A stretch of 64,000 nucleotides of DNA, taken from positions 139,934,001 through 139,998,000 of the forward strand of contig OX597817.1 of the NCBI GenBank assembly GCA_951406725.2, read 5' to 3'. The stretch's first letter is position 1. Each line of letters starts with the position of its first letter. This document shows positions 55,378-64,000 of this stretch, one piece after another. The stretch is from Octopus vulgaris. Lineage: Eukaryota. The notes beneath the pieces are model-generated. The model did no database searches. It was not told the origin of the DNA and saw only the letters and a list, made by a program, of their open reading frames with translations. Made by a program: the position numbers and the translations under genes.

Positions 55378-55915
55378 TCTCTTCTAGTTTTTAATTATTA
55401 TAAATCTCCCACTGAGGAAGGAACCGGTTTCCAACAAAGATACAAGGTTCCGTTTTTGGAGTGTAGTTAACACAGACAAATTCACATTTGGAACTTGAGA
55501 AAAGTCTTGTATATTTTTACTGTTCCACTCCCTGTTTATCCAGATTCTCCTTTAAACATTCACTAACAAAACTTAGTGCTCCAATTATTATTGGTATGAA
55601 TATGAATTCATAGTCTGCATATAGAAGCTGGAGATTTCGAAGCAGTTTTCCATAGACATCACCTTTTTCTTTGATTTTCAAAGAGATATTTATATCTGCA
55701 GGGCAGCTGACCTCTATGACGGTACATCCCTTTGCCCCTCTGTCCCAAACAACTATATCCAGCCTGTTATCCTTACATTTGACAGATGTTTTGATGGTAA
55801 TATTCCATATTGAGTTGGTGTTTATGAATGTAATTTTGAACAGCTGCTAATCACATGCGTAATGTCTTCCACAGAAACATGACACAGCCTCCACATGCGG
55901 TTGCACCTTGAGATT
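55378..55915 (-). mobile_element. RLE-type LINE 3' part in (CATA)n
   Basis: RLCHVSVEDITHVISSC, DIVVWD, IEVSCPADINISLKIKEK, LLRNLQLL and PIIIGAL motifs. The 3' end runs directly into (CATA)n. Confidence 0.85.
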
Positions 55916-56297
55916 GCAAGAGCGTCACTGTCTCTGTATGTATGTATGAATATACCTGTGTCTGTGCGTGTCTGTATTTGTGTATTGTGTGAGTATGTGT
56001 GTGTGTGGGTGTGAATACACATACACGTGTATATGTGTGGGTGTGTGCGATAGCTCAGTAGGACAGCTATTGTATTTCTTTTATTGCCATTCTGCGTTAA
56101 AATCCGGCCATGTGTACTTTTCTCTGATATGAATGGAGTATGTAGTACAACGTTTTAAGATTTATTAAAATTCTGATACCGTAGTCGTACCATAGCAGAA
56201 TAGTATTATGAATAAATCATGATTTGGATTTACTTTCATAGTTAAGATAACTTACATCTTAACATTATAAAAAAATCGATTACGATTTATTTCTCAG

Positions 56298-56434
56298 GTG
56301 ACAGGAATACAACGAATAGTTTTCGAAGATTTTCTCTACTAAGTCTGCACCTTCAGTACTACCTATGGCATATTTTACTGTCTCAAGAATTAAACACGTC
56401 AGAAGTACAATTTGAAAGGAAACTGAATTTATAA
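56298..56434 (+). CDS. Putative third coding exon (stop TAA 56432-56434 as assembled; extends to TGA 56539-56541 if one base is restored near 56415-56431)
   Basis: Acceptor tttatttctcag|. Phase 1 gives (G)DRNTTNSFRRFSLLSLHLQYYLWHILLSQELNTSEVQFERKLNL*. The -1 frame continues TEFINNPNNFIDSKLTIEFLRVLLVKYGNDSKKSFDNGV*, followed by a GTAAGT donor-like site at 56544. Confidence 0.5.
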
Positions 56435-57269
56435 ATAATCCCAATAATTTCATAGATTCCAAATTAACCATAGAATTTCTACGAGTACTACTGGTCAAAT
56501 ATGGTAATGATTCCAAGAAAAGCTTTGATAACGGAGTCTGAGAGTAAGTTTCGATTCTGGATTTTATCCATTCCATTTCTTCTGCTTTGCTTAAGTTCAT
56601 AAAGAAACTTATGTCACACGATTGCATTTTTGCCGTTCAAAATTTTCCTATATAAGGAAGCTAGGTAATTTTAAATATTTTAAATATTTTAAATATTTTA
56701 AATATTTCTGAGGAAATATCTTATATAATTACTTCAAAATTAATATTATTAAATTATAAAGGTAATTTTACATTGAAATGTTCTCACAATTAAAGAAAGA
56801 CATAAATATTTCATTTCAAAATAACCCATTAATTACAATTGCTTTTCAAATAATATAATATTCATAATTTTTCTAAAAAAGTTTAGCATATTTAATAGAT
56901 AGATAACTAATTGTCGTGACGTAGAATTTCTATGTTTCGAAATGTCGTAACGAAGAATTCCTACGTTTATTTTATTATTTTTTTCGGCATCTACTGACGT
57001 CATCAAAAGTTAAATACTAAACTGGCTTTTCTTAGAATATTATATTTCTTCTTAAAGTTCCTTATGCATGTATTCGTCTATTAGAGATATTTTCTTAGTT
57101 CACTTTCGATTTGACCAATTTTAGATTCTGTTAACATATATTTTCGGATTTATTAATTTCACCGGTACTTTCTATATAATCTAAATACCCCGAAACAAAA
57201 GAAACGATTGTCATTGTGTAATCAATCATCATCAATCACAGGTGTGATTTTCTCCATTCTTATTTTTGT

Positions 57270-57650
<381 letters not shown>

Positions 57651-57701
57651 AACAGATTTATATCCAGTTTTATTTAGCTCTTAGTTACTTCTTTTCGTTT
57701 C

Positions 57702-57799
57702 TGCACCTACACATGTTTCCTCGGCAATTAACTAATGCACACTGAAAAAATGTGCATCTTAATGTGCACTTATTGTTAGTAGCCACTTCTTCAGGGTGT
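57702..57799 (-). ncRNA. Hammerhead ribozyme motif in the 3' pseudo-LTR region of the Penelope element
   Basis: Minus: CACC-CUGAAGA-(long imperfect stem II, GGC.A.UAAC/GUUA.U.GCC)-GAAAC AUGU GUA|GGUG. Stem I CACC/GGUG. It lies on the same strand as, and downstream of, the GIY-YIG coding region. Confidence 0.6.
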
Positions 57800-59637
57800 A
57801 ATTAACCGCATTGTTCAGATAGAATCTAAATTAAATACAAGTCCAGCCGAAATACACGTGGTGTTGTCATTGTTCCTAAAATAGCCTAGACCCAGACCCT
57901 TTTAAATCTGCTGGTTAAAAATAAAATGACTCGTTGTCCAAGGAATTTTAGTATTCTGCAGACAGACCATCCTCAAATGGTGAGTGGCAGTATAAATGCT
58001 TAGTATCAGGTTTCCTTAAGTATGTCTTTTACTGTTATTATCATCCATCTCATTAGTATTGCTACTTCTACAACTCTTGTTATTATTGTTAATATTATTA
58101 GAAATGAGCTATAAGTCTATTTAATTTGCTAATTTATAATTAAATGCAATCTACTTAAATTTAAGGATATCGTTAATTTATTCCCGAAGTTTTCTGTAAT
58201 CCTTAGAATAAGGTTAATTTATGTAGGAGTATATATTTAATTACCCACTCAACTTGCGATGGTTTACCTGATTTCAATTCTAATTTTAATATTATATATT
58301 ATGCAGTTATTGAAATCCATGAAACGTATGTCTATCTCGAAGAATACAACGAGAATACACTCTCGCGTCTATGGTTTATTAACTTGAATTTTGTTGTAAG
58401 AATTTGGCAAATTTCTTCCATACACAATTTACACCGTTTGCTTCCTCTACTATTTGGTTCGGCTCCACTAATTACTTCCCAGGTAATTTTATATTCTTTA
58501 TTATTATCTTTTAAGGCCAAAATTAGTTTACTTAAACTAGTGTTATTCCTCTTTTTGCAGTCTTTAAATGAGTTATCGTGACTGGCGATCCTTTTTATAT
58601 ATGTTTCGCAAGCGCCGATATAATATACCTGACCTTCTGAGATTACTTTGACCTGAATAGAGTTTCTTTAATTTTACAGTTAGATTCAAGTGGACATAAT
58701 CTATTTATTGTGCAATCACGTTTTTCTTTTATCTATAAATCTATCTTTTATAGCTTGTTTTCCTTCCTGATCATTTCTGTTGTTCTCTCTACAACTTTTA
58801 TCTTCTAATTTACATTCAGTTTCTTGATTTTCAATTTTAGGTTATTATTCACAACGTCTCTGTTCTTCTTCTTCTTCTTCTTCTTCTTCTTCTTCTTCTT
58901 CTTCTTCTTCTTCTTCTTCTTCTTCTTCTTCTTCTTCTTCTTCTTCTTCTTCTTCTTCTTCTTCTTCTTCTTCTCCTCCTCCTCCTCCTCCTCCTTCCTC
59001 TCCTCCTCCTCCTCCCCTTCTTCTTCTTCTTCTTCTTCTTCTTCTTCTTCTTCTTCTTCTTCTTCTTCTTCTTCTTCTTCTTCTTCTTCCTAATTTCGCC
59101 GTTTGCATGCTTTATGCTACTATTTTCACTATGGGCATTTACTCATATGCTGCTCTTTTTAGCATTTTTGCTTCCCTGTTCATATACTTGGATGGTATTT
59201 ATAGCAGTTATTTCCCTTGGTTCGTTTTCCTTTTTACTTTTATTTACGTTTCATTACTATTATAGTTAATCTGCTTATCGAAGAAATAATTTAATCTTTT
59301 CGTATTTTGCACTGCTATTATTTGCGCCATGTTCTTGGATTCGAAAAAGCAATTCTTACTAGATCCGAGATGAAGATTTTATAATACTTGCTACTTTTAG
59401 GAAAGTGTTTATTTACTGCTCAATAAAATATTTTCAGAATGTTCGTGCTCATTTATTTTCTAAATGGAATAATAAACCATTCAGTATTATTATTAGGTCT
59501 ATTTTTGCAAATGGTAGGGGTTTACCTCTTACATCGTTTATCTATATATTTATTCCGTTTTATCTAATATTCGTCACTATATTGTTATTATTATTATTAT
59601 TATTGTTTTAATAATAATACTGATAATAATAATAATG

Positions 59638-59717
<80 letters not shown>

Positions 59718-59718
<1 letters not shown>

Positions 59719-60095
59719 GGAAGCTGGACATAGTCCTAATTAAGAAAGAAAACAAACGATGCTGGATCATAGACATAGCATGCCCAGCTGACAACAAGGT
59801 ATGCGACAAGGAAGAAAGAAAAGTCGAGAGATATGACAGGTTAGCTTGGGAGGTTAAGCAGTTGTGGTCGATGAAAAAGGTAGCAGGAGTACCAATAATT
59901 GTTGGAGCCCTGGGAACTGTGAGCAAAAATCTCGAGAAGTACGTAGAACAAATAGGGGCTGCGATAAGGGGGGAGCACTTGCAGAAAACCGCTTGAATAT
60001 TCCGGAAGGTGCTCGAAAAATAAGAGGTGTTACGTTAGTTCACTGGTAGTGAACAGCTGACACAGTAATACGTCTCCAGTGTTAGCTGTGCAAAG
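59718..60095 (+). mobile_element. RLE-type LINE 3' fragment inserted in (AAT)n inside the Penelope element
   Basis: KLDIVLIKK...WIIDIACPAD...EERKVERY..L...VPIIVGALGTV. Confidence 0.88.
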
Positions 60096-60179
60096 ACGAC
60101 GACGACAACAACAACAACGACGACGACGACGACGACAACAACAACAACAACGACGACGACGACGACAACAACAACAACT

Positions 60180-60375
60180 GGAAAATCAGATGATAGCGAC
60201 ATTTTAATGTTCAACGACTGGCTCACGATGATGTTCATACCAGTAAGCAGGAGTGCCGATTTTGTAGTGTTTACACATTTTCCAATGTAAATACTGTCCT
60301 ACACAATTGTGGCGATTTTTGTATTCGTTTGGTGTCAGCACAAGACATCCTGAGATGAGATGGTCTATTTCTGTT
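60180..60375 (-). mobile_element. RLE-type LINE internal fragment
   Basis: IDHLISGC...EYKNRHNCVGQYLHW...WYEH...EPVVE. Confidence 0.8.
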
Positions 60376-61748
60376 GCTATTATTGCTTTTCGTAATAGTT
60401 TGGCTTCCATTCCTATAATTATTTCTTTTATGGAACTTTTTAGCAGAATTTTTATTAATCGTAATTCCTTTTATTTTCTTCGGTTCTGTTTTATCAATGT
60501 TTTTGGTATTTTCCGCTTTACAATATATCAATTCATTTTTTCCTATCTTTATCTCTACTACTATTGTAATTCTATACCTTATTATTACCTTCGGTGTTAT
60601 AGCTATTTTCTTTATTAACCTCTACGTTTCTTTTTGTTAAATTTCAATTCTTATTTATATCCTGTCTTACTAAATGCTAAGTTATAATAGTCTTCGTTCT
60701 GTTTAAATACTTCGTCCGCTGATAGATTTGAAATATGTGATGAAGCAAGTTCTACAATTTTCTCTGTCATACTTCTAGGATGATTTCTGTTTCTGTTTAT
60801 GTATTTTAAGCTAGTGTTAGGTTTATGGTTTGTATTTACCTTCACTGAGATCTAAATTGATGTCAAGGAAGTTAGCGGAATTATGTTCATTTTCAATAAA
60901 TATTGATAGTCTTATATTTCTAAAGAATTTGAATAATCCTTTCTTACACTTCTCGATTTGGCTATTAGAGTGGTTATCCTGGGTGAGAAGTGCATCATCC
61001 CTGTATAGACCACCTCCAAGCTCAGGAAATTCCCTACATATTTTGTAAACAATATACATATATACCCACCAGATCGGTGACATGTATCGAGTCCGTCGAT
61101 CCCATTGTTATATCAAAGCAGTCATTAGTATCCTTCCTTACCCAGTACTACTTATTCTCAAATTTTATAATTGACTTTCTTGCCGCTAAAATTACGTTTA
61201 TTTCTTCCATGGATAGCGCATGGTTTTTCCTAGAAAATAAAGGAGCTTTATTAAGAAGGATGGGGCTTATAGATGAGTAGCAGCTATTTGTGCCGATTTG
61301 TACAAATCTTTTTGCCTGTTTACTATTTATTTTATTAAACCAGTTGATTATTTCATATAAGCTGGACCAAAGAGTTAGTTTAATTATATTTCAAGAGAGG
61401 ATATATACTTATCCATAATTACCTTACTTATCTTACCCAAGATTGTTTTTGATGGGCATAAAAGCCTTATACTAGGGTTAGTTCTGAAATTAGGTTTGTA
61501 GTCCTTAATGTTAATTCTAGGCATTCTGGGTTTATAAGGTTTGTTTTGTCTGTTACACTTAGAACCAACTCCGAGTCGGATCTTCGGTTTAAATTGGATT
61601 TTGTACTTACATATCTACAGTAAACTTACAAACATTTGATAATTTCAAAGTTACTTATCTCCATGATAACTCTATGCTATTGTACCTAGCCATTTCTGGC
61701 AACTTACTTGTTGATGTGCCTAGATTCAATTGAATTCTGAAACTAATT

Positions 61749-61807
<59 letters not shown>

Positions 61808-62554
61808 GTATATGTATATGTTATATACATGTATATATATACGTGTGTGTGTAAAGAGAAAGTGTGTGTGGGAGAGAGAAAAAGGGAGAGAGAGAGAGAA
61901 AGAGGGGGAGATAGTTAAACAATGAGATAGGTGTGAAGGCACGGGAGTGAGTAGGTGAATAAATAATCTCATACAATAGGGAAAAAAAGAGATCCTTTGA
62001 GTAAAAGAAGAAAAATATACATTAGTCTTTATGAAGTGTAACATAGATTTGTCTGGGCAGCTTCCAGAAAATGTAACGTGTACAAGGAGTATAGGAAAGG
62101 GTTTGTGGTGGTGGTGGTGACTGGAAAGAAAAGCAGTGAATATATAAAATGATTTTCAATGGCGAAAGTATTATATATCAGTTTCGATGAGTATTCTTGT
62201 AGAACGGAAATTGTGTGAGGTGTTGCCGATATCGGGCGTCGTCTATGGTCGAGGTTAAACAATCAATAGATAAATCTAGAAACTATGACAACCTGCGAGA
62301 TTAGAAATACTGGCCAACAACTATCAACAATTATGATAAACTAAATACAATCTAACGCACGCTTTGAAAGAAAGGCTCCCCTCTCTTTAAGTTATTTTAC
62401 TCTCTCCTTATATATTTTCTATCTACCTCTGTTCCTGTCTCCTCCTCCTCCTCCTCCTCCTCCTCCTCTTTCCTCTCCTCCTCTGTCTGTGTATTTATAT
62501 TTTTATATGCATACATATGAATGTCTATATGTATCAGTATTATAGTTCTTGTCA

Positions 62555-62953
62555 ATGCTTAGCGGTATTTCGTCTGTCGTTACGTTCCGAGTTCAAATTC
62601 CGCCGAGGTTGACTCCGCCTTTCATCCATTCGGGGTCGATAAATTAAGTACCAGTTACGCACTGGGGTCGATGTAATCGACTTAATCCCTTTGTCTGTCC
62701 TTGTTTGTCCCATCTGTGTTTAGCCCCTTGTGGGTAGTAAAGAAAAAATTTATAGTTGTTGTCACGTCGGGCGAAATACTTAGCAGTATTTCGTCTGCTG
62801 CTACGTTTTGAGTTCAAATTCAGTCGAGGTCGACTTTGCCTTTCATCCTTTCGGGGTCGATTAAATAAGTACCAGTTATGCACTGGGGTCAATGTAATCG
62901 ACTGTCCCCCACCCCAGAAAATCCAGGCCTTGTACCTATAGCAGAAAGGATTA
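62555..62953 (+). mobile_element. Two tandem 5'-truncated SINEs (A tail, then B tail)
   Basis: Units 62555-62749 and 62765-62953 are separated and flanked by three copies of a 15-bp sequence. Confidence 0.9.
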
Positions 62954-63169
62954 TTATAGTTGTTATCATCATCATTGTTATTATGCTTGGCTTTGCTTTA
63001 GCATATACAAGCTGTACTCAAGTCTTAACTAGACACATCAAGGGACAATAGAATTTTGTATCCAATGATGAAAAGAGGTGAGGTACCATAGAACTGAAAA
63101 ACTGGTGTCTGTGTTAAAAAAATATTTACAAAAGTTATAATAAAACTGAATAAGATTGCATTTATAAGG

Positions 63170-63850
63170 AGAGGAATTTTACATAAAATCTGTGAGGCGT
63201 CCATAAGGACCCTTCAATATGATCTTTTGGAATCCACTTATTTTCAGGTTGCCAGGAATTTGGTCTGCATATTTTTTTTGTCTTTTTGATATTACTCCAA
63301 GTGTCCCAATAACAATTGGTAATATTGTTGCTTTTCAGATGCCATATTCTTCTGATTTCTATATCCAGGTTCTAATATTTACTCAATTTCTCAAATATTT
63401 CCAGAGATTTAAAAAAAGATTTTTGTCAGCTGCGGCTGCCATATCTATCAAGAGACAAATCTTTCCAACATGCCTTTCCACAATAATATCTGGTCAGTCA
63501 GCCTGTGTTTCCCAATCAGTTTGGACACTAAAATTCTAACTTCAACTTTTTGGATGGGTGACTTGTGGTGATCTGTGTTCTACTAATTACTATTGTGATG
63601 GAGGCTATATGAACGACACATATTACCCAGTCAATGTACTGAGCTTGCCCTGTTGTGTCTTTGCAAGTTATTTGTTTGGTAGTCAACTGCATCCAAAGAT
63701 TATGTTGTCGGTTGTCTCAGGATGTTCTTCGCATACGCGGCACGTGAGGCTGCTTTCATGCTTCAGAACATTACACAAGCAATTCCTACTTGGAAGCTAC
63801 TGAGCCTCAGCAGCAATAATATACCTTCCAGTTTTTAACTTGAAACCAAA
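63170..63850 (-). mobile_element. Decayed RLE-type LINE fragment next to (ATT)n
   Basis: Minus-strand remnants of IIAA, CRMCEEHPET, PDII and IVIGTLG motifs. Confidence 0.7.
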
Positions 63851-63898
63851 ACATTATTATTATTATTATTATTATTATTGTTGTTGTTGTTGTTGTTG

Positions 63899-63987
<89 letters not shown>

Positions 63988-64000
63988 TTATGAAAACTCA

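Larger units (their letters stand above)
57690..61620 (-). mobile_element. Fragmented Penelope-like element (RT plus GIY-YIG)
   Basis: RT motifs FDITMGS, GLYRDDAL, FLDINLDL and NHP at 60650-61500. Endonuclease motifs CPL...YIG, SLSKLI..LK...ITWEVI and CKLCMEE...LIN.R.E at 58330-58700. Interrupted by microsatellites and LINE pieces. Confidence 0.88.

Noticed and set aside
56425-56434. G_AAU_UUA_UAA as a programmed -1 frameshift site
   Set aside because: Not a canonical X_XXY_YYZ heptamer, and I saw no clear downstream stimulatory structure. An indel is more parsimonious.
56280-56627. 115-aa minus-strand ORF whose FMNLSKAEEMEWIKSRIE recalls 2-oxoglutarate dehydrogenase E1
   Set aside because: The resemblance is short and the downstream conserved KRF.LEG motif is absent. 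It lies antisense to the better-supported + strand exon. Not formally excluded without a search.

Overview
AT-rich, very repeat-dense animal DNA. The SINE families and the extreme (TA)n/(CA)n/(TATG)n/(ATT)n load point to a cephalopod, most likely Octopus (inference). Almost every ORF in the track is a microsatellite artefact or a transposon relic. Recognisable elements are tRNA-headed SINEs of at least four families, six decayed mariner elements, non-autonomous Helitrons, a solo LTR with a 4-bp TSD, a Gypsy gag-protease relic, a fragmented Penelope-like element, several restriction-like-endonuclease (RLE; R4/Dong-like) LINE ends lodged in microsatellites, and palindromic MITE-like units. The best host-gene candidate is a three-exon + strand model: 2841-3062, 49075-49150 and 56298-56434/56541, with compatible phases and introns of about 46 kb and 7 kb. 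It encodes a secreted protein with the spacing of a long-chain four-helix cytokine, but the last helix needs a 1-nt frameshift correction. Other notable signals: minimal or variant hammerhead ribozyme motifs, a SINE with a GGTAT-type target preference that inserts into its own family, and two locally templated insertions. All translations, alignments and folds were done by eye; no searches were run.
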